The notes under the pieces are model-generated. The model was given only the letters and a program-made list of their open reading frames with translations, was not told the origin of the DNA and searched no databases. A program made the translations under genes and the position numbers. 41,281 bases of DNA from an uncultured Clostridia bacterium. Lineage in GTDB: Bacteria > Bacillota > Clostridia > Oscillospirales > Acutalibacteraceae. Position 1 is the first letter of the stretch. Every line of letters begins with the position of its first letter. Of this stretch, positions 1-8,268 are shown in pieces. The DNA lies in NCBI GenBank assembly GCA_937902305.1, contig CALDHV010000045.1, forward strand, positions 1 to 41,281, in the 5' to 3' direction.

Positions 1-1891
1 GTCCGGGTTGTATATCACTGTAAACGATCAAACGAGAGTGACCGTTGCCAAGCTTCACAAAGGAGCGGAAAACAAAGCTCTCATCCGCACGTGAGGCCGG
101 GATGTTTTTGAGCAGAACGCTGTATCGCAGTGTATTGGAATCGTAGTTGTAGGTCCAATAATTGTTGAGGTCTTTGCCGGAGACAACGACCTTGCCGACC
201 AGCGTTTTCGATCCGAGCGTCACATTGATGTCGGTGCCGACCAGCAGACCGCGCTCCATCACGCGCAGTCCCTGCCCCTCGAAGCTCAGCGTATCATGGA
301 CGCCGGTATCGTTGTATTCACCGAACACACGCATAGCGGCATAATATCTGTCTTTTGTTTGATTGTAGTAAATCGCCGAGGGCTTTCCCGATTGATCTGC
401 CGCATCCGGATCGTGAGCGCCATGCGAATCGGAGCAGAAAAGCGCCGCCGTGCGCGGGGCACGGATGATGTTGCTGACATTGATCTGATAGCCTTTGTCT
501 TCGACCGTCACATCATCAATATAGAGGTATTGGATATTGTCTTCATTATTGCAATCCGCTGTCAAAGCGCCCAGCGTGAGATAACCGCCGTTTTCGCCCA
601 TCTCGGCATTGAGGTGGTCGGCACCGATGACGAACGGAATCGTTAAGGTGACCTTTGTCCACGTCCCGGCTGTCAGAGCGACCACCGTTTCCGCTTCGAT
701 CGGGTTCATATTGCTTCCGTCCCCGTTTCCCACATAAACACTGATATTGCTATAAATCGTGCCGAGACGCATCGTGACCTCGCGGGCTTCCACGCTATAT
801 GCCCAGAAGCTCACGACATACTGACGACCGGTCATGACTCTATAGTCGTTAGCGGTTGTGCCGTCGCTGCCGTATTGACGCACAACGGTACGGGCGTATT
901 GATCATCGTTTGTCTGGTTCATCTTCAGCTGCATCGACTGACCGGAACCATTTGTATGGTCATAATCCGTAAGTACGGTGCGCCCGGAGCCATTACCGTG
1001 GATGGGTCCCTCCGATGCGGTGTAATACTTTGCCTCCACATCTTCGTAATCGTACGGGACGACCTCAGGAACCGACGGCTCGGCCCCTCCGGTCAGCGTC
1101 TCCATCCACTCTGCGACGTACGGGACGGACATATCGTAGCCGGCGGGATTAAGATGGATGTCATCCTTAAAATAGGTGCTCGCACTGTCGTTCGGATAGA
1201 ACAGCGCGGTGTACGCATCGGTGTGGAAATCGAGATACGACACGCCCCACTTATCGCAGATCTGCTTCGCCAGGCCAAAATATTCCGCCGTAAGCGCCGT
1301 GTCCGAGGCTTGCCCACGTGTACTGTAGGCGTGTGGGGTCTGATAGGTGACGATGTAGCCGATCTTCGCGTAGGGGAAACAGGTCTTGGCACAGCACAGA
1401 AGATCCTCCATCGCACCGGCAAAGGTGGCGACATCAAACGAATCGGCGGTGAACACATCCGACGCCGTCATCGCGCCCTTCAACACCGGCGTTCTGGGGG
1501 CATCATCGTTGCGGTCGTCACCGATAATATCGTTGATGCCGCCCTCCAGGATGATATAGTCATAGTCGTTATTCTGGTTGTCGGTGAGCTGGGTGCGAAT
1601 GCGCCCCTTATAATCTTCGCGAATCGTGCTCAACGACCAACCGGCTTTGGCGGCATTGGTCACCGTCATATCGTAATACTTTTGCATGCGGGTTGACCAA
1701 CCGCGGTTTTCGACATAGCCGTCTCCATCACGCCAGCCTGCCATAATGCTGTCACCGGCGAACAAAGCCGTCTTGCCAGCCAGGGTGTTTTCCGCTGACG
1801 CACTGAAGCCGCAGAGCAATACGCACGGTGCCAATACCGCAACTGCGACTACGATGGCAACTGCTTTCCGAGCTTTAGAAAAGAATGCCAT
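1..1891 (-). CDS. Secreted SGNH/GDSL-family hydrolase (esterase-like) with a C-terminal carbohydrate-binding-like beta-sandwich region; 3' end runs off the window
   Basis: Absent from the ORF track because there is no in-window stop. Manual reverse-strand translation from the ATG at 1889-1891 stays open to position 2. It reads MAFFSKARKAVAIVVAVAVLAPCVLLCGFSASAEN (signal peptide), then SGNH blocks FAGDSIMAG, EGGINDI and DDIHLNPAGY, then a long beta-rich C-terminal part ending ...FVKLGNGHSRLIVYSDIQPG at the window edge. An SD (AGAGAGG) lies upstream of the ATG. Confidence 0.8.
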   Translation of the reverse strand, partial: MAFFSKARKAVAIVVAVAVLAPCVLLCGFSASAENTLAGKTALFAGDSIMAGWRDGDGYVENRGWSTRMQKYYDMTVTNAAKAGWSLSTIREDYKGRIRTQLTDNQNNDYDYIILEGGINDIIGDDRNDDAPRTPVLKGAMTASDVFTADSFDVATFAGAMEDLLCCAKTCFPYAKIGYIVTYQTPHAYSTRGQASDTALTAEYFGLAKQICDKWGVSYLDFHTDAYTALFYPNDSASTYFKDDIHLNPAGYDMSVPYVAEWMETLTGGAEPSVPEVVPYDYEDVEAKYYTASEGPIHGNGSGRTVLTDYDHTNGSGQSMQLKMNQTNDDQYARTVVRQYGSDGTTANDYRVMTGRQYVVSFWAYSVEAREVTMRLGTIYSNISVYVGNGDGSNMNPIEAETVVALTAGTWTKVTLTIPFVIGADHLNAEMGENGGYLTLGALTADCNNEDNIQYLYIDDVTVEDKGYQINVSNIIRAPRTAALFCSDSHGAHDPDAADQSGKPSAIYYNQTKDRYYAAMRVFGEYNDTGVHDTLSFEGQGLRVMERGLLVGTDINVTLGSKTLVGKVVVSGKDLNNYWTYNYDSNTLRYSVLLKNIPASRADESFVFRSFVKLGNGHSRLIVYSDIQPG

Positions 1892-1949
1892 TACAATACT
1901 ACCTCTCTTTCGATTATCAGTGAATAAACTGCGACATCTATTCGGAATT

Positions 1950-1978
1950 ATTATATATATATAAATCTAATTTGTCAA
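1950..1978 (-). promoter_or_regulatory. SigA-type promoter of the secreted SGNH hydrolase gene
   Basis: The reverse strand reads TTGACA (1978-1973), a 17-nt spacer, then TATAAT (1955-1950), about 58 nt upstream of the ATG at 1891. Confidence 0.65.
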
Positions 1979-1990
1979 CCCATAAATTGA

Positions 1991-2031
1991 AAAAAAAAGA
2001 AAAACCGCCGTTTTTTTAAAAAACGGCGGTT
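1991..2031 (-). terminator. Rho-independent terminator downstream of putP
   Basis: GC stem AACCGCCG (2003-2010) pairs with CGGCGGTT (2024-2031) around an A/T loop. On the reverse strand it is followed by TTTTTCTTTTTTTT. It starts 19 nt after the putP stop. Confidence 0.8.
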
Positions 2032-2049
2032 GAAAGGTGAAAAATACGC

Positions 2050-3588
2050 TTATTTGGTCAGACTTTTGACCTCGTCAAATTGGCGGACGATCTCCTCGTC
2101 CGGCTTCTTTGAGAGCAAGGATACAACAACGATCAGCAGTGCAGAGAAGATGAACGCCGGTAGCAATTCGTAGATCGCCAGCACGCCGCCCATCGGGGCG
2201 ATGACGTATTTCCACACAAAGACCATCGCGCCGCCGCCGATCATACCGGCGATCGCACCGGCGCGGGTGGTGCGCTTCCAGAACAGCGAGAACAGCACCA
2301 GCGGCCCGAAGGTAGCGCCGAAGCCCGCCCACGCAAACGAAACGACCCGGAATACCGAGCTGTTGGGATCACCGGCGATGAATACCGCCACGATGGAGAT
2401 CACGATCACGCAGATGCGCGCCAGCCATATCGAGGCTTTGGCGGACAGCTTGACCCCAAAGGTCTCCTGCACCAGGTTCTGCGAAATGCCGGAGGCGGCG
2501 GCGAGCAGCTGGCTATCCGCCGTGGACATCGTGGAAGCAAGGATACCGGCAAGGATGATGCCGGCGGCAAAGGCGGGGATGTAGCCGAACTTGCCGAGGA
2601 AGCCTGCAATATCTACGATGATCGTCTCCGCGACGGTGGCGTTCTCATACGTCGGCAGGATGCCTGCCTTCATCAGCGAGTAGCCCACGACGCCGATCAG
2701 CACGGCGATCGTCATCGAAATGACCACCCAAATGCTGGCGACACGGCGGGAGGTCTTGAGCTTGTTTTCGTCCTCGATCGCCATAAAGCGGAGCAGGATG
2801 TGCGGCATACCGAAATAGCCGAGACCCCACGCCATCGTGGACGCGACCGGCAGAGCACCGTAGCTCATCGTTTCACCCGTGCCGACATTGAAGCCCTTGA
2901 ACAGATCGAGATACCCGGGCATCGACTGCACATTGGCAAATACATTGCCGAAGCCGTGCGTGAGCCCCTCGCCCACGCCGACGACCACCAGCAGGGCGAT
3001 GGTCATAATGACGCTCTGCACGAGGTCGGTGGTGGAGGCGGCAAGGAAGCCGCCGAGGGTGCAGTAGATCACGATGACGGCGGCGCTGATGAGCATCGCG
3101 GTCATATACGGCATACCGAACAGCGATGCAAACAGCTTGCCGCACGCGGCAAAGCCGGAGGCGGTATACGGCACAAAGAAAATGACGATCATCAGCCCCG
3201 CGATAAGGGTGGTGATATGGTGCTTATCCTGATACCGCTTGCAGAAAAAGTCCGGTAGGGTGAATGCGCCGAGGTGACTGCTGTAAAGACGGATGCGGCG
3301 CGCGACGAACAGCCAGTTGAGATAGGTGCCGATCGCCAGTCCGATCGCTGTCCAGCTTGCTTCTGCCAGACCGCCCATCATCGCAACGGCGGGAAGACCC
3401 ATCAACAGCCATCCGCTCATATCCGACGCTTCGGCGCTCATCGCCGTGACCAGCGGGCCGAGCTTGCGCCCGCCCAAATAGAAATCGTTCGCCGTCTTGG
3501 TTTTCTTGCTGACGGCAAACCCGATGCCGATCATCATCATCATATACGCGACGATCGTGCACAAAATGACCCACAAAGTTGCGCTCAA
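2050..3588 (-). CDS. putP: Sodium/proline symporter (SSS family)
   Basis: 512-aa polytopic membrane ORF. The N-terminal region ...NDFYLGGRKLGPLVTAMSAEASDMSGWLLMGLP... is typical of PutP/SSS transporters. TTG start with SD AGGAGGA 7 nt upstream. Confidence 0.9.
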   Translation of the reverse strand: MSATLWVILCTIVAYMMMMIGIGFAVSKKTKTANDFYLGGRKLGPLVTAMSAEASDMSGWLLMGLPAVAMMGGLAEASWTAIGLAIGTYLNWLFVARRIRLYSSHLGAFTLPDFFCKRYQDKHHITTLIAGLMIVIFFVPYTASGFAACGKLFASLFGMPYMTAMLISAAVIVIYCTLGGFLAASTTDLVQSVIMTIALLVVVGVGEGLTHGFGNVFANVQSMPGYLDLFKGFNVGTGETMSYGALPVASTMAWGLGYFGMPHILLRFMAIEDENKLKTSRRVASIWVVISMTIAVLIGVVGYSLMKAGILPTYENATVAETIIVDIAGFLGKFGYIPAFAAGIILAGILASTMSTADSQLLAAASGISQNLVQETFGVKLSAKASIWLARICVIVISIVAVFIAGDPNSSVFRVVSFAWAGFGATFGPLVLFSLFWKRTTRAGAIAGMIGGGAMVFVWKYVIAPMGGVLAIYELLPAFIFSALLIVVVSLLSKKPDEEIVRQFDEVKSLTK

Positions 3589-3617
3589 AGAAATCTCCTC
3601 CTGACAAAAGATACCGT

Positions 3618-3645
3618 ATTATACCATATTTTGCCGGACAAGTAA
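3618..3645 (-). promoter_or_regulatory. Putative putP promoter with extended -10
   Basis: The reverse strand reads TTACTT (3645-3640), a 16-nt spacer, then TGgTATAAT (-10 at 3623-3618), about 30 nt upstream of the putP start. Confidence 0.5.
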
Positions 3646-3666
3646 AGATGTTTTTGCTTTTTTTCG

Positions 3667-3990
3667 CAAAAAAAGAAAAACCGACCGTTTGGGCGAGGCA
3701 AGATAGGGATATTGTAGCCGAAAGACAATCTTTTCGTGCGAAACTTTGTTAAAAGCCGCAGGCATACGTCAGTATGTCCTGCGGCTTTTGCCGCGTTTCA
3801 CAGCAAAAAGCTTTGTCTTTCGGTGCGTAGCAGTTTTGCAACGATCATTTTTTGTTTAGACAAAGAACAAACAGATGGCAATCCTGTCGGATTGCCACCT
3901 GTTTTGACGCCGTATAAACGGAAAAGGATGTTGCAAAACCTACAAGCTCCCTATCTTGCCCCGCCCTTGGGCGGCTTTTCTTTGTTTGTT
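3667..3990. repeat. Nested inverted-repeat element (MITE-like element or structured ncRNA candidate), non-coding
   Basis: Outer arms 3672-3709 and 3948-3985 are inverted copies. They share a perfect 13-bp core (GGCAAGATAGGGA / TCCCTATCTTGCC) plus further imperfect pairing, about 37 bp in all. Each arm carries a GC hairpin plus T-run. Inner long-range stems are 3719-3729/3813-3823 and 3833-3851/3922-3939, enclosing hairpins 3755-3785 and 3877-3896. The ORFs here (3736..4005 +, 3845..4129 -) have no SD and implausible composition. Confidence 0.6.
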
Positions 3991-4087
3991 GGACGGTTGC
4001 TTTAACGGTGCGACCTATCCGCACGCCGGTATGCAAAACAGCGGGAGACAAATACGCTTTATTCTGCGCATACAGCCGCTCGAAGGG

Positions 4088-4116
4088 TTGACCTTTCGGG
4101 CGGGATTTGCTATAAT
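4088..4116 (+). promoter_or_regulatory. SigA-type promoter of the SGNH-Big_2-LamG-like gene
   Basis: TTGACC (4088-4093), a 17-nt spacer, then TATAAT (4111-4116). An SD (AAGGGGG, 4133-4139) and the ATG at 4148 follow. Confidence 0.65.
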
Positions 4117-4147
4117 GAGCCGAATGCAAAATAAGGGGGCAACCACG

Positions 4148-5716
4148 ATGCGAACAGTCAAGATCTGCCCGATGGGTGACTCGCTCACCGAGGGCGACGG
4201 CAACGGCAGTGCCTACCGCTACGCGCTATTTCGGTATCTTTATGAGGACGGCGTCGATTTCGCCTTTGTCGGCGGACAAAAGTCGGGGGACATACGCCTG
4301 CCGGAGCGCTATGCGCATCACGCCGGCTATTGCGGCTATCTGATCGGCGATGATGCCCTGGAGCCGGGCAACTCGTTGCGCGCCGTGCTGGCACAAGCCC
4401 GGGGCGAAGCCGCGCAAGGCGACGTTTTCATCGCACAAGAGGACAACGATACCGCCACCCTCTCCACCGCCGAAGCCGTACGGCAGGCGGACATCATTCT
4501 ATTGCTGATCGGCACCAACGATTTCGGACACAACCGTGATCTCGACCGCATCACCGAGCGGTACGACCGCCTGCTGGAAACGCTGTTCACCGCCAATCCG
4601 ACCGTCACGGTCTATGCCGGGGTCGATTACGACCACTACGGCTATCCCCCGGACGACAAGCATATGTCGCTGGTGCGCCATTTGCTGGAGCTTGACACCG
4701 ATGCCTACCGCGCCGCGCACGGATGGGATCTGCGCATCGTCGATCTGTGCGAGCCGGGTAGCTTGCGACAGACCAATGCCTATGCCGACCGCCCACTTGA
4801 TGACGGTCACCCGATGCCACGCGGCAACGAAAAGCTTGCCCGCATCTGGGAGGCGGCGATACTGCCGCAGGTGCGCCGACTGAACGCGCAGGATGGGGTG
4901 TCGCTCCCGGTCAAAGCCGTCACCGGCATCGAAGCCGACCTGCCGGAAACGCTCGCCCTGCGTCCGTGCGAGGGTAAATGCTTGCACGCCGTCGCCGTCC
5001 CGCAGGACGCGACGGTTCCGACCCTGCTGTGGAGCAGTACCTACCCGGCGGTCGCCTCGGTGGACGATTACGGCATCGTCACCGCCCACGAGGGCGGCAC
5101 CACCCGCATTTACGCCACCACGCTGGACGGACATTTCACCGCGCAAACGACCGTTTTCGTCGCCGGCAGACCCATCGACCGTGCCGCCGGAATGGACGAG
5201 GTGTTCGCGGATGACTTTTCCGACCCAGCGCACTGGACAGGCGATACCGACTGCTCACTCAAGACCCATCTGCACGAGTTCTACGCCTATTGGAAAGAGC
5301 CGGATGGTCATATCGCCGCCCGGCAGACCGTCTCTCTGCGGGGGCGGATGTGGATGGAGTTCACCCACCAGACCGCCAACGGCAAGTGGCACGACGATAA
5401 CCTCGACGGCATTTATACCCAGGTGCGCGTCGGCAATATTGCTCTGCGCTTCCTCGACAGCGCCGCCTATATCTGCCTGCTGGAAAACGGTCAGCCGCTC
5501 GGCTTTTTCCGCGATCTGCCGCACGCCGCCGTACATCAGGTCTTCGGATTGGACTGGCAGGGGCATACGCTGACGCTGTACCGCGACAATGAGGCGGTGC
5601 TGACCGTCACCACCGCCTCCGTTCCGGCGGAAAACGGCGGCGAAGTCGGCATCGACTGGCAAAAATCCAATATTCAGAATCGCTTGTTTGACCTGCGCAT
5701 TTATACGGCAGATTAA
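4148..5716 (+). CDS. SGNH/GDSL hydrolase fused to a Big_2-like Ig domain and a C-terminal ConA/LamG-like domain; no signal peptide seen
   Basis: Start moved from 3956 to the ATG at 4148 on promoter and SD context. The N-terminus reads MRTVKICPMGDSLTEGDG (GDS block), followed by LLIGTNDF and DDGHPMP (DxxH block). The mid region ...LHAVAVPQDATVPTLLWSSTYPAVASVDDYGIVTAHEGGTTRIYATT... looks like Big_2. The C-terminal ~180 aa is beta-rich and lectin-like. Confidence 0.8.
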   Translation: MRTVKICPMGDSLTEGDGNGSAYRYALFRYLYEDGVDFAFVGGQKSGDIRLPERYAHHAGYCGYLIGDDALEPGNSLRAVLAQARGEAAQGDVFIAQEDNDTATLSTAEAVRQADIILLLIGTNDFGHNRDLDRITERYDRLLETLFTANPTVTVYAGVDYDHYGYPPDDKHMSLVRHLLELDTDAYRAAHGWDLRIVDLCEPGSLRQTNAYADRPLDDGHPMPRGNEKLARIWEAAILPQVRRLNAQDGVSLPVKAVTGIEADLPETLALRPCEGKCLHAVAVPQDATVPTLLWSSTYPAVASVDDYGIVTAHEGGTTRIYATTLDGHFTAQTTVFVAGRPIDRAAGMDEVFADDFSDPAHWTGDTDCSLKTHLHEFYAYWKEPDGHIAARQTVSLRGRMWMEFTHQTANGKWHDDNLDGIYTQVRVGNIALRFLDSAAYICLLENGQPLGFFRDLPHAAVHQVFGLDWQGHTLTLYRDNEAVLTVTTASVPAENGGEVGIDWQKSNIQNRLFDLRIYTAD

Positions 5717-5737
5717 ACGATTTTTCGCAATTTTTTC

Positions 5738-5766
5738 TTGTATGCGTACGAAAAGTGTGATATGAT
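5738..5766 (+). promoter_or_regulatory. Putative promoter of the DUF1846-SGNH operon
   Basis: TTGTAT (5738-5743), a 17-nt spacer, then TATGAT (5761-5766), 30 nt upstream of the ATG at 5796. Confidence 0.45.
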
Positions 5767-5795
5767 AAGAGATAGATTTTGAAGGCGGTGGGAAT

Positions 5796-7277
5796 ATGGA
5801 AAAAGGCTTTGACAACGCACTCTATATGCAGAAGCAAAAGGAACATATTCTGGAACGGATTTCCCAATTCAACGGAAAGCTGTACCTGGAGTTTGGCGGC
5901 AAGCTGTTCGATGACTACCACGCCGCGCGGGTACTGCCCGGCTTTGAACCGGATGCCAAGATCCGGCTGCTGCGCGCTATGGGCGACCAGGCGGAGATTA
6001 TGTTCTGCATCAGCGCCGATAATATCGAAAAAAATAAGATCCGCGCTGATCTCGGCATCAGCTACGATATGGATCTGCTGCGTCAGATCAGTATGGTGCA
6101 GGGGATGGGGATCGAGGTCAACAGCGTGGTCATAACCCGCTATACCGGACAAGCCGCCGCCGACCAATTCAAGAATAAGCTGGATGCGCTCGGCATCCGC
6201 AATTATATCCACCGACCGATCGAAGGCTATCCGGCGGACGTGGATCATATCGTCAGCGACAGCGGCTACGGTGCCAACCCCTATATCGAAACGACCAAGC
6301 CGCTGGTCGTCGTCACCGCGCCCGGCCCCGGGAGCGGCAAGCTCGCCACCTGCCTGTCGCAGGTCTACCACGAATACCGCCGCGGCGTGATGGCGGGCTA
6401 CGGCAAATACGAGACCTTCCCCATCTGGAACCTGCCGCTCAAGCATCCGGTCAACCTTGCCTACGAGGCGGCGACCGCCGATCTGCAAGACGTCAATATG
6501 ATCGACCCGTTCCATCTTGAGACCTACGGTATCACCACCGTCAATTATAACCGCGATGTGGAGGCATTCCCGCTGGTACGCACCATCCTCGCCCGCATCA
6601 CCGGTAATGACAAGTTCTATTGCAGTCCGACCGATATGGGGGTCAATATGGCGGGCTACGCGATCGTCAATGACGATATTTGCCGCGAAGCCAGTTGCCA
6701 GGAGATCATCCGGCGGTATTATAAGGCGATGACCGATCTGCGCCTCGGCAGAGAAAAGCCCGAGACGGTGGAAAAGCTCAAAATGCTGATGCAACAGCTC
6801 GATCTGCACCGGGAGGATCGCGCGGTGGTGTTGCCGGCGCTCGAAAAGAGCAACCGTGCCGGCAGTCCCGCCGTTGCCATCCAGTTACCGAACGGTCGCA
6901 TCATCACCGGCAAGGCGACGCCGCTGCTCAGCGCGTGCTCCGGCGCGGTGCTGAACGCGATCAAGGTGCTGGCGGACATCCCGAAAAGCACCCTGCTGAT
7001 GAGCCCCGCGGTGCTGGAGCCGGTCGTCGATCTGAAGACCAATCTCCTGCACAGCGAATCCTGCGCACTCAAGCTGGATGATACCCTCACGGCGCTGTAT
7101 ATCTGCGCCGCGACCGACGAGATTGCCGCCAAGGCGGTCGCACAGCTACCCAAGCTCAAGGGATGTGAGCTTCACTCGACGCAGATCCTCAAATCCGGCG
7201 ATGAATCCATCCTGCGGCGGATGCAGATGAATGTCACCTGCGAGCCGGTATTCCCGGACAAGTCGCTGATCATTTAA
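5796..7277 (+). CDS. DUF1846 / UPF0371 family protein (function unknown)
   Basis: 493-aa ORF. The N-terminus MEKGFDNALYMQKQKEHILERISQFNGKLYLEFGGKLFDDYHAARVLPGFEPDAKI matches my recollection of the conserved UPF0371 family of Firmicutes. ATG start with upstream SD-like GGTGG. Confidence 0.8.
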   Translation: MEKGFDNALYMQKQKEHILERISQFNGKLYLEFGGKLFDDYHAARVLPGFEPDAKIRLLRAMGDQAEIMFCISADNIEKNKIRADLGISYDMDLLRQISMVQGMGIEVNSVVITRYTGQAAADQFKNKLDALGIRNYIHRPIEGYPADVDHIVSDSGYGANPYIETTKPLVVVTAPGPGSGKLATCLSQVYHEYRRGVMAGYGKYETFPIWNLPLKHPVNLAYEAATADLQDVNMIDPFHLETYGITTVNYNRDVEAFPLVRTILARITGNDKFYCSPTDMGVNMAGYAIVNDDICREASCQEIIRRYYKAMTDLRLGREKPETVEKLKMLMQQLDLHREDRAVVLPALEKSNRAGSPAVAIQLPNGRIITGKATPLLSACSGAVLNAIKVLADIPKSTLLMSPAVLEPVVDLKTNLLHSESCALKLDDTLTALYICAATDEIAAKAVAQLPKLKGCELHSTQILKSGDESILRRMQMNVTCEPVFPDKSLII

Positions 7278-7291
7278 GGAGAAAAAGGGCT

Positions 7292-7942
7292 ATGGAATTA
7301 AAAGGGAAAAAGGTTTGCTTCCTCGGCGACAGCATCACTGAGGGACACGGCACCTCCGGTAAGGAATACACCTTCTGGTCGCTGATCGGCAAGCGCACCG
7401 GCGCCGAGGTTTTCGGCTACGGCATCGGCGGGAGCCGCATCGCTCCCCAGCGCGACCAAAACAGCGACCATCTGAACGATGATTTCGTGCGCCGCGCGGA
7501 TACGATGATCCCCGATGCGGATGTGATCGTTATTTTCGGCGGCACCAATGACTACGGTCACGGTGACGCGCCGTTCGGGTGGATGTCCGACCGCGAGCCG
7601 GACACCTTCTACGGCGCTCTGCACACCCTCTGCCGCAAGCTGATGACCCGCTATCCCGGCGCGGTGATCGTGTTTATGACGCCGCTACATCGGCTGGAGG
7701 AGGAGCGGCTCATCAACGAGCGCGGTGTGCGCAATGTTGCCACGCTGGATGAATACGCCGATGCCATCCGCGAGGTGGCGGGCTATTACGGTTGCCCCGT
7801 GGCGGATACCCGCGTCATCAGCGGCATCCAGCCGGCGGTGGAAGCCAACTGCGCCCGTTTCATCCCCGACGGCTTGCATCCGAATGATGCCGGACATATC
7901 CTGCTCGCTGACCGGTTGCAGGCATTCCTCGAAGCACTGTAA
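7292..7942 (+). CDS. Small cytoplasmic SGNH/GDSL hydrolase
   Basis: 216 aa with blocks FLGDSITEG, GGTNDY and DGLHPNDAGH. SD AAGGAG upstream. It starts 14 nt after the DUF1846 stop, so it is probably co-transcribed. Confidence 0.85.
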   Translation: MELKGKKVCFLGDSITEGHGTSGKEYTFWSLIGKRTGAEVFGYGIGGSRIAPQRDQNSDHLNDDFVRRADTMIPDADVIVIFGGTNDYGHGDAPFGWMSDREPDTFYGALHTLCRKLMTRYPGAVIVFMTPLHRLEEERLINERGVRNVATLDEYADAIREVAGYYGCPVADTRVISGIQPAVEANCARFIPDGLHPNDAGHILLADRLQAFLEAL

Positions 7943-8004
7943 GGAAGATAACAGACGTTAGATATTAGACGGTTTCGGCTCGTACGGATGCCGAAATACC
8001 GAAT

Positions 8005-8043
8005 AACCCGCAGGGCGTGGACAATGTCCACGCCCTGCGGGTT
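8005..8043. terminator. Strong hairpin between convergent genes (terminator-like, weak T-run)
   Basis: AACCCGCAGGGCGTGGA-caatg-TCCACGCCCTGCGGGTT, a 17-bp perfect stem. The T-tracts are weak on either strand. Confidence 0.45.
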
Positions 8044-8074
8044 ATCATTTCACCCTGCACATCGGAAACTACCG

Positions 8075-8230
8075 CGTAGGGGCAGGCACCCGTTGGAGTT
8101 TGTACCGATTTTCGGCAACGGAACGGTCAAGACCGTTACCTACGGGTCGTTTTTGGATTTGGCGCGTATGGCGAGCCGTAGGGTGCGGCATCCTTGACGC
8201 ACCGCGGGCGCGCAATGCGCGCCCTTACGG
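8075..8230. repeat. Cluster of REP-like units (5'-CGTAGG(G) followed by a GC-rich hairpin) in both orientations
   Basis: Four units: 8075-8082 (+, degenerate); 8122-8144 (-, AACGG...CCGTT + ACCTACG); 8176-8206 (+, CCGTAGGGTGCGGCATCCTTGACGCACCGCG); 8206-8230 (-, GGGCGCGC-aat-GCGCGCCC + TTACGG). Unit 8176-8206 recurs at 27210-27240. Confidence 0.6.
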
Positions 8231-8268
8231 GTGCAAACCTCCGGCTACGCACAAGCCGAAATCCTTAT

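Noticed and set aside
3736-4129. ORFs 3736..4005 (+, 89 aa) and 3845..4129 (-, 94 aa) inside the inverted-repeat element as possible small proteins
   Set aside because: They have no SD, contain terminator hairpins inside the frames, and have implausible composition. The region is better explained as structured non-coding DNA or RNA.
3956-4147. N-terminal 64-aa extension of the SGNH-Big_2 ORF given in the track (start 3956)
   Set aside because: The extension spans the right arm of the inverted-repeat element and a near-consensus promoter (4088-4116). The ATG at 4148 has a proper SD and yields the canonical SGNH N-terminus. The extension is not signal-peptide-like.
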